Shown: positions 13,217-25,610 of the stretch, in pieces
How the letters are laid out: every line of letters starts with the position of its first letter
Position numbering within the stretch: the stretch's first letter is position 1
Assembly: GCF_009834535.1 (NCBI RefSeq)
Contig: NC_045697.1
Location: forward strand, 90,894,001 to 90,958,000
Reading direction: 5' to 3'
DNA from: Camelus ferus
Lineage: Eukaryota
DNA length: 64,000 nt
The notes under the pieces: generated by a model
Told to the model about the DNA's origin: nothing
What the model saw: only the letters and a program-made list of their open reading frames with translations
Databases searched by the model: none
Program-made: the position numbers and the translations under genes

Positions 13217-15290
13217 GTACTGTATTTGTCAAACATTGTTTTGTTTTTGATTTTAAGTTTGTTGAAAACAGTTACTAATTAGATATTTGGGAATATTTAA
13301 GAATTAGTATGTTAGCAAATTATTGAACAATGAAAACAGTAAAACAAGAAGCCAAAGAAGATAAGTGGGACAGTTTTACAATAAGTACATTAAGGAATAA
13401 TTCAGTAGGACATTTTTTTTTCCCATTTAAAGTAATTTCCACAAATGTATACTCTTATTAAAAATATTTAGGTCTATGAAAGTTACTATCTTTGGAAAGA
13501 TTCCAGATTTTTTGTAGCACAGTAGGTTCTTATTGTGCTAAACAATCTACTCAACCTATATAAAGGATATGGAAATAAAACACATTAATAGTTCAGAATT
13601 TTTCCTTTTGGGGGAAATAATTTATATTAACTGGTTATTAACAGTAAGTGATTTTTCTTTTAGCTTTAATTTTTAAAAAATACTATTATTTACCTAAAAA
13701 GAGATGATAGAGCAAACCTTTTACAATGCCAGTGAAATCCAACAGAGTATGGCTGTTTTGTGCTGTAGAGTGGATACAGAGGTGATTTACTAATTGCTTT
13801 TTGTCTCTTGAAAACGTATCCTGTATTTGTGAAGATATTTTCAGAATAATTATCTGAACAGCTTTCTAACTGAAAAATGAGCTTTAGGAAAGTTTTTTTT
13901 TTTTTTTTTTTGACTGGTTACTATAAGGTAAGAATTAGTTTCATTCAAGGAAAAGCTAGGAAATTTATCATGATCTGAAAATCTCCAAGTCTTTTCAGTG
14001 ATACTTATTTGGTACTTTTACATTTTGTTCTCATTGGATATATTGTCTTTAAAATATGTACGTATTCTTCTTGGGCACCTATTGTATACTAATAGTTATT
14101 TTGTGTTCTAAGTCATTTTGACAGTTTGTTTCCCAGGTTTTTTAATTGGAGCAGTATAGTTAAGAGATCAATAGGTAATGGTGAAAAGTGTTGCACTTAT
14201 ATATAGCAGGAAGCAAGATAGATACAGTCCCTACTTTACTGGATCTTAATTCAGAGATGACAGACAAGTCTGCAATTACAATAATGAGGGGTGAAATTTT
14301 TTTAATTGACTTATCTTTTACAGCAGTTTTAGGTACACAGCAAAATTGAGTGAAAAGTACAGAGTTCCCTTATGCCTTTCTGCTTCCCACATCACAGCCT
14401 CCCCACTGTGAGCATTCATATCCTTGGACCATCTATATTAATGTAATTATTGGTGTGATTAGGTTTAAATCTATTATCTTATATTCTTTGTTCTTTTTTC
14501 CTACTTTCTTTTGAATCACCTTACTTTTTATAATGCATCTGTTTTATCTCTACTATTGACTTCTTGTTATATCTCTTATTTTTTACTGGTCTTCTTGGGT
14601 TTGAAATATACATTTTAACATATAGACTACTTTCAAATAATATACCATTACATGTATAATATAAGAATCTTACAACAGTAAAGTTCTGTTGCCTCCTCTT
14701 TTGTGCTGTATTTTGTTATTATTTTTTATTTAGACAGTTATCTTTTAAAGCAATTAACATGAAAAAGGAAATTTTAAAAATATTCTTTTTACCATTTTCA
14801 ATGCTTTTCATTTGTTAACCATTTCTTGTGTAGGTCTATTGGCAGTGAATTCTGTTAGCTTTTGTTTATCAGAAAAAGGATTCTTCTTTTCATTTTGAAA
14901 GACATTCTCATTGAATATAGAATTCTATGATGGATCTAGGTATGGCTACAGATTCATAGCTTATTCTGTAGGCAATGAGTTCTAAGTGCCAAAAGTGATA
15001 TGATTTAGTTAAATGGTTTTTCAGACTTTTTAGTCTAAGAAACTCTTTATTCTTTTAAAAATTACTGAGCACCTCAAAGAACTTTTGTTTATGGGAGTTA
15101 TATAATTAAAAAATAAAAAAATAAATTGAGTTATAAAGTAAAACAAAAAAATTTGAATACTCATTTAAATAACATAATAAAGCTATTATATGTTAATGTA
15201 AATAACATATCTTTATAAAGTATAATTATATTTCTCTAAACAAAAATTCCTGAATAGAGAGGTATTGTTTTAAAGTTTTGCGTATTTGTT

Positions 15291-15402
15291 GGGGGAGGGT
15301 AGAACTCAGTGTGCTTAGCATGCACGAGGTCCTGGATTCAATCCCCAGTACCTCCATTTAAACAAATAAACAAGCAAATTAATAACTTAATCCCCCCCCA
15401 AA
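15291..15402 (+). mobile_element. tRNA-Ala-derived SINE (camelid vic-1 type)
   Basis: tRNA-Ala-like head, C-tract/A-tail, 19-bp TSD aaagttttgc(g/a)tatttgtt (15272-15290 / 15403-15421). Confidence 0.85.
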
Positions 15403-17335
15403 AAAGTTTTGCATATTTGTTCAGTGTTTCACTTAATATGAGGTAACTAGATTCTCATATGTTTCTATATATAAAATGCTTATAATTTGTTTTTTGTTAT
15501 TGTTGAAGTATAGGAATAAAATCTAGGAAAAGGAGGAGTATTTTATAGCCTTTTTGGATCATTGTTGGTATTCTTTGCTATTATATCAAAGCTGAACAAG
15601 TGGCAGTTTTTTTTAAAGTTAATTGCAATATGGAATCTGAAACCATATATCAATGACCTTTTTATACCCAGGAAGTTTTTATACTCTTACATTAAAAGCC
15701 ATTGGACTATCCTACACTTTGAATGGATCTTTTTGTCTGTGCATGCTTTTGTAACATCATGCATTGGTCATTTGGAAATATTGATTGACTGAGTTATGCA
15801 GACTTCTAAATGTTGACTTACCTCAAAATGCAATTTCAAAAAAAAAAAATGACATTAAAAAAATAACCACAAGGGAGAGTAATGTCAGGAAGATAGCAGA
15901 GGGGGAAAGAACAGGAATCCTTCTCACCACTTAGACAATTTTACTAGCAGAAACTGTCGGCATTGACTATTATGGAATTGTATAGTCTACTTGAACACAT
16001 ATAGCTTCCAGGGGAAAGCTTGTCTTGTAAATTATTAATACTGGTTGATGTCAGCCTTTGATCCTCTAGTAGCATTTCCCACCCCCGCCTCAGCCCTGTG
16101 ACAGGTATTTGGGAAGATGGCAACCCACATTTCTGGTATGGCTTGCTGGATCCAGAATAGGCAGGAAGGACCATATCCTCCAAATATTGGAGTTCTGTGT
16201 TTTGACTGCTAATTGCCGCTTAGCAACAAAGTGCAGACATAGTCTGGTGGCCATTGTTTCGTCTCACTGTGTGACTGTCCTTTTTATTTGTTTTTTGATG
16301 TTCAGAAACGACTGCTAATAGCAGTAAATTTAGAAAACTACCACCCATGCCCAAGGACAGCTGTAGGCTCGGAAAAGACCTTAGGAGAATTTAAGCTTTC
16401 ACCTCAGGCTTGTCCCAGCACAGAAGCACCCTGCAACAATTGAAAAACAAACAAACAAACAAACAAAAAACAGGAAACCCAGGGGAAGAGGGAGCATCTG
16501 ATTTCCAGAGTTACCACATCATAAGATTCAAATGTTCAGCATTCAACAAAAAATCACAAGCCTTAAAAAAAAAGAAATAAGAAAATATGGCCCATTTGAA
16601 GGAACAAAATTAATAGACAGAAAATGTACCTGATGAAGCTTGGATGCCATTTTTTCTAGGCAAAGTCTCTAAAACAGCTATTTTAAAGATATTCAGAAAG
16701 CTAAAGGAAGATATGGGTAAAAATAGAAAAACAATGTATGAAGAAAACAAGATCATCAATAAAGAAATAGAAATTTTACAGAGGACCCAGAAAGGAATTC
16801 TGGAGAAGAAAATATAATAACTGAAATGAAAAATGCATCAGAGTGTTCAAAAGCAGATTTCATCAAACAGAAGAAAGAAGAATCAGCAGACTTAAAGATG
16901 GGGCAATTTAAAATTATCAAGTCTGAGGAACAGAAAGCATGAAGAAAAAATAAATAGTATCTAAGGGACCTGTAGGACACATAAACTGAACCAATACATA
17001 CATTGTGGGAATCTCAGTAGGAAAGGAGAAAAAAGGCGCTGAAAGAATAGTGACAGAAAACCTCCCAATTTGATGAAATATATGAATCTACAAATCTGAT
17101 AAGCTTAATGAACTTGAGGTAGGATTAAACCCACAGAGACTCGCACCAAGACATAATATAATCAAACTGTTAAAAATCAAAGACTAAGAGGAAATCTTGA
17201 AAGCAGCAAGAGAGAAGAGACTCATCACATACATGGAGTCCTTACTAAATGTATCAGCTGAACTAAGAATTCCATATCTGGCAAAACTGCCCTTCAGAAT
17301 TGAGAGAGATATTCAAAGATAAACAAAGCGTGAGG

Positions 17336-19626
17336 GAAAAGAAAAGGAAATGATATATTGATTTGGAAAGAAGAAATAAAACTGCTTTTGTTCACAGATG
17401 ACATGATTGCGTATGTAGGAAGTCATAAATAATGAACAAAAACTCCTGGAACTAATAAATAATTATAGCAAGATTACAGGATACATCATTAACATATAAA
17501 AGTCAATCACTTCCTATATACTAGCAATAAACTAGTAGAATTTGAAATTAAAAGTGAAATACTATTTATCATCCACCAAAAAGAAATAGTTAGGTATAAA
17601 CCTAACAGAATATGTACAAGATTTATATGAGGAAAACTATAAAACTCTGATGAAAGGAATCAAGAAACTAAATGAATGGAGATATGTTCCATGTTCAAAG
17701 ATAGAAAGACTCAATATTGTCAAGATGTCAGTTTTTCCCAACTTGATCTACATATTCAATACAATTCCAATAAAAAAATCCCAGGAAGTTATTTTGTGCA
17801 TATTAACAAACTGATTCTCAGGGAGGTGGGCATAGCTCAGTGGTAGAGCACATGCTTAGCATACACGAGGCCCTGGGTTCAATCCTCAATACTTCCATTT
17901 AAAAACAAAAATTGATTCTGAAGTATATGATGAAGCAAAAGACCCAGAATAGCCAACACAATATTTGAAGAGAAGAACAAAGTTATAAAATTGATACTAC
18001 TTGGCTTCAAGACCTATTATAAAGCTACAATGATGAAGACAGTGTGATATTGGTGAAAAAATAGACAAATAGATGAATGGAACAGAATAGAGAGCCCAGA
18101 AATAGACCCACATAAATATAGTCAAATGGTCTTTGACGAAAGGACCAAAGGCATTACAATGGAGCACAGATAATCTTTCTAACTAATGGTGCTGGAACAG
18201 TTGGACATCCACATGCAAAAAATAAGTATAAACATAGATCTTACACCCATCACAAAAATTAACTCAAAATGGATCACAGACCTAAATGTAAAACACAAAA
18301 CCATAAAACTCTTAGAAGATAAGAGGAGAAAATCTACCTGATCTTGGGTTTGGTGATGACTTTTTAAATATGACACCAAAAGCAAAATTCATGAAGGAAG
18401 AAATAGATAAGCTGGACTTCATTAAATGAAAAACTTTTGCTCTGGGAACAACACTGACAAGAGAATGAGAAGACAAGGCACAGAACGGCAGAAAGTATTT
18501 GCAAGAGACTTGGTGGGACTACTGTCCAAAATATACAAAGAACTCTTAAAACTCAACAGTTTAAAAAAAAAAAAAACTGATTAGAAAATGGGCCAAAGAC
18601 CTGGAAAAACATCTCACTAAAGAAGATATATACATGGCAAATAAGCATATGCAGATACTCCACATCATATATCATCAGAGAATTGAAAGAAAGACAACAA
18701 TGAGATTCTACTACACACACATATTAGAAAAGCTAAAATCCAGAATACTGACAACACTAACTGCTGGTGAGAATGTGGAGCAACAGGAACTCTCATTCGT
18801 TGATGGTAAGAATGCAAAATAGTACACCCACCTTGGAAGACAGTTTGGAAGTTTCTTGCAAAACTAAACATGCTCTTACCATACAATCTAGCAACTGCCC
18901 TCCTTGGTACTTACCCAAAGGAGCTGAAAACTTATGTTCACACAAAAACCTGCACATGAGTGTTTATAGTAGCTTTAATCATAATTGCCAAAACTTGGAA
19001 GCAACCTAAGATGTCCTTCATTAGGCAAATGGGTAAATAAACTGTAGTATATCCAGACAATGGAATAGTACCCAGTGTTAAAAATAAACAAGTGATCAAA
19101 CCATGAAAAGACATGGATGAACTGTAAACGCATACTACTAAGTGAAGGAATCCAATTTGAAAAGGCTATATACTGTATGATTTCAACTATTTGACATTCT
19201 GGAAAAGGAAAACTATGGAGATAATAAAAAAGACCAGTTGTTTCAAGGGGTTGTGGGTAGGGAGGGATGAACAGGTGGACCAAAGAGGATTTTCTGGGCT
19301 GTGAAATACCATGTATGCTACTATAATGATGGCTACATCTGGTTATACATTTACAAGCCAGTGAAATGTACAACACCAAGAGTAAACGCTAATGTAACTA
19401 TAGACTTTCAGTGATTATGATGTTTCAGTGATTATGATGTATCAGTGTAGGCTCCTCATTTGTAACATATGTACCACTCTGGTGCTAGATGTGGTGAATG
19501 TTGATAGTGGGGGAAGCTGTGGTGTGGGGAGCCAGAATACAGAGGGTTTAGGGAAAGCTCAGTACCTTCCACTCAGTAACCCTAATGTTGCCCTAAAAGA
19601 TAAAGTCTATTAAAAAAAAAAAAAAA
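17336..19626 (+). mobile_element. L1MC1-like 5'-truncated element (copy 2, sense) with poly(A) tail
   Basis: RT-region remnant (ttgttcacagatgacatgatt, F-DDMI motif) through the 3'UTR and A-tail at 19612-19626; TSD-like aaagcgtgaggga / aaagctgaagga. Confidence 0.85.
17821..17906 (+). mobile_element. tRNA-Ala-derived SINE (vic-1 type, short), inside L1MC copy 2
   Basis: tagctcagtggtagagcacatgcttagcatacacgaggccctgggttcaatcc (A and B boxes); TSD-like aaactgattct / aaattgattct. Confidence 0.85.
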
Positions 19627-22600
19627 GCTGAAGGAGTTCATCACCACTAGACCTTCTCAGCAAGAAATTGTAGTCCTTAGCTTGAAACGAATGGACACTA
19701 GACAGTAACATGAAGCCGTATGAAGAAAGAAAGACCTTTGGTAAAAATGCAATTTAATTTGCAACTCCAGTTTCAACTTTCTATGTGATTTAAAAGACAA
19801 ATGCATTAAAAAAATTAATCTATGTTGGGTATACAGTATATAAATATGTAATCTATGACATCAGTAATAGAAAGGGGAAAACAGAAGTGTATAAGAGCAG
19901 AGTTTTTGTTAAGTGTAATCTTCATGATAACCACAAAAAAAATCAATAGAATATATATAAAAGGAAATGAGAAGGGAATCAAATATTTCACTCAAAAGAA
20001 AAAGAAACAACACAAAAGCAGGCAGTAACAGAGGAAGTGAGGGACAATAAATCTATAAGGCACATAGAAAACTAATAAAGTGGTAGGTGCCTCCTTATCA
20101 GTAGTTACTTCAAATGTAAATAGATTGTATTTTCCAGTCAGAAGACAGAGATTGGCAGAATGGTATAAACACATGATCCAACTATATATACTGTCTACTG
20201 GAGACTTAGATTCAAAAACACAAATAGATTGAAAGTGAAATGGTGGTAAAAGATGCAAATGTAAGAGAGCTGATATTTTAATATCAGACAAAATACACTT
20301 TAAATCCAAAAAGAATTATAACGGATAAGGACATTATATATTAATTGAAGTTCAGTATAAAAGAATATATAACAGTTATAAACATTTATGTAACTAATAG
20401 CAGCTGCTCAAGATATATGAAGCAGAAATTGATGGAATTGAGAGGAGAAATAAACAATTCTACAAGAATAGTTGGAGATTTCAATACCCTGCTTTCAATA
20501 ATGCATAGATCGACCCAACATAAGATGAGTAACAAAATAGAGGACTTGGATAACACTATAAGCAATTAGAACTAACAGACATTTATAGAATATTTCAACC
20601 AACAACAACAGAATACAAATTCTGAAGTACACATGGGAAATTCTCCACAATAGACCATGTGTTAGGCCATAATAGAAGTTTCAGTAGAAGTATCACACAA
20701 GCTATCTTCTTTTACCTCAGTGGGATGATGTTAGAAATCCTTAACAGAAGGAAAACTGAAAATGTGGAGATTAAACAATACATTTTTAAGCAACTCCTAG
20801 GTCAAAGGAGAAATCATGATGGAAATTAGAAAATACAGTTGGCCTTCCACATCCATGGATTCTGCATCTGTGGAGGGTTCTGTAACTAATCCCTCACAAA
20901 TACTGAGGACTGACCGTACTTAGAGATAAATGAAAACAGAAACACAGCGTACCACATCTTATGGGGTGCAGGGGAAGCAGTGCTTAGAGGGAAATTTGTA
21001 GCTATAAATGCCTACATTTAAAAAGAAGAAAGATCACAAATCAATAACATAACATTATACCTTAAGGAACTTAAAAAAGAAGAGCAAACTAAATCCAAAG
21101 ATAGCAGAAGGAAGGAAATATCAAAGGTTAGAGCAAAGATAAACAATATAGAGAAGAAAACAACAATAGAGAAAATCAATGAAACCAAAAGTTGGTTCTT
21201 TGAGAAGATCAACATAACTGACAAACCCTTCTTTAGCTAAACTGCCAGGGGACAAAAGAAGATGCAAGTAACTAAAATCAGAAATGAAAATGGAGATTTT
21301 ACTACTGACCTTACAGAGAGAAAAAGGATTCTAAGAGAATACTATAAAAAATTATACGTCAACAAATTAGGTAACCTGGAAGAAATGCATAAATTTATTT
21401 AAACATATAAATTACCTAAGCTGATTTAAGAAGAAATAAAAAATTCAACCTACCTATAAGAAGTAAAGAGATCAAATCAGTAATCAAAAATCCGTAACAA
21501 AATTCTAGACTAAATGGCTTCATTAGTGAATTCTACCAAATATTTGAAGATTTAACACTAATCCTTCTCAGTTTTTTTTTTGAGAAATTGAAGAGAAGGG
21601 AATGCTTATTCTCTGAGGCCATGAGATCTCTACCGTCAAGACTCAGTTACCTCCTAATACCATCACATTGGAAATTAGGAATTCAACAAATATTTAGTTG
21701 ATAACAGCAGCCATCGTACTTTGATGTGCTGTTAAAGTGCTTTCTCCCCCTTAACTATTACAATAAAAAACAAAACATATAACATAAAATTTGCCATCTT
21801 AACTATTTTTGAGAATATGGTTTGGTAGTGTTAAGTATCTTCACGTTGCTGTAAACATCTGCAGAACTTTTTCATTTTGCAAAACTACAGCTTCTTTCCC
21901 CATTTTGTCACACACAGTAAGTAAGACATGTACTCAAGGGCTGAAATTTCATAAAGTTACTTTTTTTTTTTTCTTCAGCAAGGACATCCTAAGTTGAAAC
22001 TGGCATTTAAAAAAAAATTCAAGTACATAGCAGTGAATAATACAACCACTAGTAACCACTGCCTGGGTTTACATTAACAGTTTTATACATCATTGCTTTA
22101 GCACTATCAGCACAAATGTGAACACAGTGAAAAGGGCAAATAATATCTTAGTATTATTATGAAAATAGTTTTGATTTTGCAGACTTTCTGAAAGGTTTTT
22201 GGGAACCCCTCCAAGCATCTACAGACCACATGTTGAGAACCATTTTTTTAGATCAGTCTTAGACAGATCATTTTGGTGGCAGAAAGAGGAGAGAGATTGG
22301 AAAAACAAGGAGACCAGTTAATTCAAGTGAAAGAGGAGGAAAGCCTCAATTTGAATAATGAAGTGCAGATGAGAAAGAAAAGATATAGGCGAAATATCAG
22401 AAATGGAATAGATTTACAGAATTGCAAGTGTGTCTTTGGGATAATGAAATTATTGCCTTTGTACCAGGTTTTATCCCTTGTTTCTGCTGATTCAGTGTAT
22501 ATCATTAACCTAATTACTTATGAAGACTGAAAATTTCCCTGCTAACATAAGAAAAATAAACTAATCTAAACTAAATTAATAATGGATCTAGAAGAGGAAT

Positions 22601-22865
22601 AAGCTAATTATTTAATTATGTGCTTCTACTTACAGTTTTAGTTTGAGAATTTATGACTATGTTCTTTATCAACTTTGGAATTTACCCATGTATTGAACAT
22701 AAATAGCAATTCATATGTAGATCTGTATGTTCAGTAGTTTAGGTGAGTTTTGGGGACTAATGTCTTTTCCACTGCTCAGACTCTCAGTAACAAATAGTTC
22801 AAATTGGTTTAAGCACTTGGTTCTTGATATTTCAGTTTGAACACATTTTCCCCCTCCTCAAACAG

Positions 22866-23026
22866 CAGTTCAAATGCTTCGCCTTCAGAAGGTGCACCAC
22901 TAGTAGGAAGTTATGGATGTACTCCTCATTCATTCCCGAAGTTCCAGCACCCTTCTCATGAACTTTTGAAGGAAAATGGCTTTACCCAACAAGTATACCA
23001 CAAGTATCGTCGAAGATGCCTAAGTG
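22866..23026 (+). CDS. LARP1B: LARP1B coding exon, start of DM15 region (SSNASPSEGAPLVGSYGCTPHSFPKFQHPSHELLKENGFTQQVYHKYRRRCLS)
   Basis: Acceptor cccctcctcaaacag| (tandem CAGCAG) and donor GTG|gtaaga; 161 nt; HPSHELLKENGF is the LARP1/DM15 signature. Confidence 0.95.
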
Positions 23027-23376
23027 GTAAGATACCTTCCTTTGTATATCTATATTTAAAATTAAAATATAATTCTAAAAAATTAAAATTGTGACATTTA
23101 ATATCAGGTTAAAATATTCTTCTGTTACAATTTCCTTAAGTAGATGTGCTTATATATATATTCTTTATTCATGTATTTTGTACTTTAGACATATTACGAA
23201 GTAAAGTTTAGTATATCTTATTACTATTGGCAAATACGTAAATTTGAGCAATGTGTCAGAAAATGGATTATTAGTTCTTTGTTTAGAAGAAACCCAAATA
23301 CGTTTTGAGGATTCATGTTTCGGCTTTATTTTTTTTTAAGTTATATAAAACATCTGCTGTTTTGATTTTTTTCCAG

Positions 23377-23521
23377 AGAGAAAACGCTTGGGAATTGGCC
23401 AGTCCCAAGAAATGAATACCCTCTTTCGTTTCTGGTCCTTTTTCCTCAGAGATCATTTCAATAAAAAAATGTATGAGGAATTTAGACAACTTGCTTGGGA
23501 AGATGCAAAAGAAAATTACAG
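23377..23521 (+). CDS. LARP1B: LARP1B coding exon, DM15 repeat ([49 protein letters not shown])
   Basis: Acceptor tttttttccag|AG and donor CAG|gtcaaa; 145 nt; [18 protein letters not shown] is a DM15 hallmark; phases fit both neighbours. Confidence 0.95.
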
Positions 23522-23622
23522 GTCAAATATTTTCTCATGTTTTTACACTTGGAGTTTTTTAAAAATACTAAAAACTAGTACTGAAGTAGCCTGATTTTGA
23601 ATTGTGAAACCGAAGAGAGGGC

Positions 23623-24126
23623 TATATTTAAGTTGTCTGTTGCTGCATAGCATATTACCCCAAAACTCAGAAGCTTAAAACAGCGAACGTTTATTAGTTC
23701 ACAGTTTCTGAAGGTCAAGACTCCAGAAACAGCTTAGTTGGATGGCCCTGGCTCAGGTCTCTTATAGGACTGCAGTCAAGGTATTGGACAGGGCTGCAGT
23801 CTCTGAAGACTTAACAGGCTAGAGGATCCTCTTCAAGCTCATTTGCATGGGTGTTGGCAGGAAGCTTCAGCACCTCACCAAATAGGCCTCCCCGTAGGGC
23901 ATTTCACAACATGACTTCACCCAGAGTGAATGATTTAAGAAACGGGGAGAACTTCCAAGATGGAAGCCTCAGTGTCTTATATAACCTGTACTTGTAAGTG
24001 ACATCACTTCTGTCATGTTAATAGTGTTCACACAGACCAGCCCTGGTACAGTGTGGAAGGAGACTAACACAGAGTTGCTCGTATCGAGAGGTAGGATTAT
24101 TTGGAACCATCTTAGGGTCTGATACA
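23623..24126 (-). mobile_element. MLT1 (MaLR) LTR
   Basis: ttgctgcatagcatattaccccaaaactcagaagcttaaaacag...cacagtttctg pattern typical of antisense MLT1. Confidence 0.7.
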
Positions 24127-24326
24127 AAGGCCAAATGAAATTTAAAAGAGAGATTTTTCTCATTCTTGTTCCCACCATTACAGATTTATCTTGGATGTGG
24201 ATATACATCCCCAAGTTGATACATGCTTAGAGCCAAACCAGTTGTTAAGATTCCTTGAGTCCAGAAAAAGTAAGGCCTCTCATGGTACATCCTGACTCAC
24301 CTGTTCAATCTCGTTTTTTCCTACAA

Positions 24327-24559
24327 CAGTTGACCCTTGAGCAATATGGGTTTCAACTGCATAGGTCCTTATATGCAGATCTGAAAAATCAGTATTAAAT
24401 ACTACAGCACTGCATAATCCGTGCTTGATTGAATCTGCTGATGAGGAACTGAAGATACAGAGGAACCATGTATATGTGAAGGGCCAACCTTAAGTTGCAC
24501 TCAGATTTCTGACTGGGAGCGTTGGAGCTCTTAACCCTCATACGTTGAAGGGTCAGCTG
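24327..24559. mobile_element. Tigger2/MER8-like MITE
   Basis: TIRs cagttgacccttgagcaa ... gttgaagggtcagctg; about 230 bp. Confidence 0.8.
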
Positions 24560-25471
24560 TAGTCTTCCAGGCCACAGTAGTACTGAAATACATACTCTGC
24601 AAATGAACTGAGCTCTGTAGCCTCTAGACATCTGTACATATTTTTACCTCTGCTTGCTCTTCTCTTCTTCCTCCCTCTGCTTTGCTAACTCTTCTTTTTT
24701 GCCCAGATTAGATCTTGCTTCCTTGAGAAATGTTTAGGGTTAAGTTTGTGCCTGTAGGACTGAGTTGAGACCAGACCAAGAGGGAGAGAAGCAACATGAA
24801 ATGGACTCATGCAAGCTTTTTATTCCTGGGAAAAGGGAGGAAGGAAAGATGAGATGGAAGCAGAAAAAAGATAATTTCCCACTGAATATTTACCTGAATT
24901 TACCCTTCTTCAGTTTCTAAAAATAGATTCCTCTTGTAAATCTCAAATAAGAATATATTATTAATCAGATATTGTGGTATTCAAGAGGAATACAAGATGT
25001 TACAAATAAATTTTTCTGAAAAAAATTTACATTTGCACTGACTTGTGTAAAAATAAAGCCCATTTAATTTTCATCTAGAATCTTTATCAGATAAAGGAAT
25101 GACAGATACATGGCATGTGTACCTCTGTTTCCCTCTCCTCTGTCCATTACTGACATCTTTAATCATCCCAGCATTGTTTAATATTGTTCTTGAATTCAGA
25201 TTTATAGTCTTTATCACAGCTTTAATAGCTTCTGCCAGTTTACCAAACTTGGCACAAAAGGCAAAATTTGCCATTTCTGATCTCAGTGTTCTCATTCAGA
25301 CTATGGTTTTCTACCCACTAGTGGGTTGTGAAATCAGTTTAGTGGTTGTGACTTACTTAAAAATACAGTGGAAAATATAAGACTACACTGATCATAGTAG
25401 GATTAATATGTATTATAATTCATACATGCATACAAATTTAAGAATTACTTGCAAAGCTTATATATGCTTTT

Positions 25472-25610
25472 TTTTTTTTTTTAACTTTTTGCTTGTGAGG
25501 GGAGGTAGTTAGGTTTATTTACTTATTTTTAGAGGAGGTGCTAGGGATTGAACTCGAGACCTTGTGTATGCTAAGAAAGTCCTTTACCACTTGAGCTACA
25601 CCCTCCCCCA
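25472..25610 (-). mobile_element. tRNA-Ala-derived SINE (vic-1 type)
   Basis: Reverse-strand copy; 15-bp TSD cttatatatgctttt at 25457 and 25611. Confidence 0.85.

Larger units (their letters stand above)
8841..19484. repeat. Near-perfect 1.05-kb inverted repeat, arms 8841-9890 and 18434-19484
   Basis: Arms are reverse complements with only three differences found by eye (two substitutions and a 1-nt indel); ORF-track translations 8946+/19379- and 9690-/18634+ are nearly identical. Confidence 0.95.
15872..21620 (+). mobile_element. Ancient L1 (5'UTR, ORF1, ORF2 endonuclease part), 3'-deleted, interrupted by L1MC copy 2 and a Tigger MITE (20837-20917)
   Basis: A-rich sense strand; ORF1 interrupted at 17335 and resumed at 19627 (aaagctgaaggagttcatcaccactagacc); endonuclease remnant IVGDFNTLLS in ORF 20345-20569. 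Confidence 0.8.
15011..22245. mobile_element. Charlie1-family hAT transposon split by nested L1 insertions (pieces about 15011-15870 and 21711-22245)
   Basis: Termini aaatggtttttcagactttttagtctaagaaactc... and ...agaccacatgttgagaaccattt; 8-bp TSD-like atttagtt (15003-15010) / ttttagat (22246-22253). Confidence 0.75.

Noticed and set aside
9891..18433. A fixed inversion between the inverted arms
   Set aside because: The enclosed LARP1B exons are in sense orientation and in phase, and each L1 copy stays collinear with its host element on both sides.
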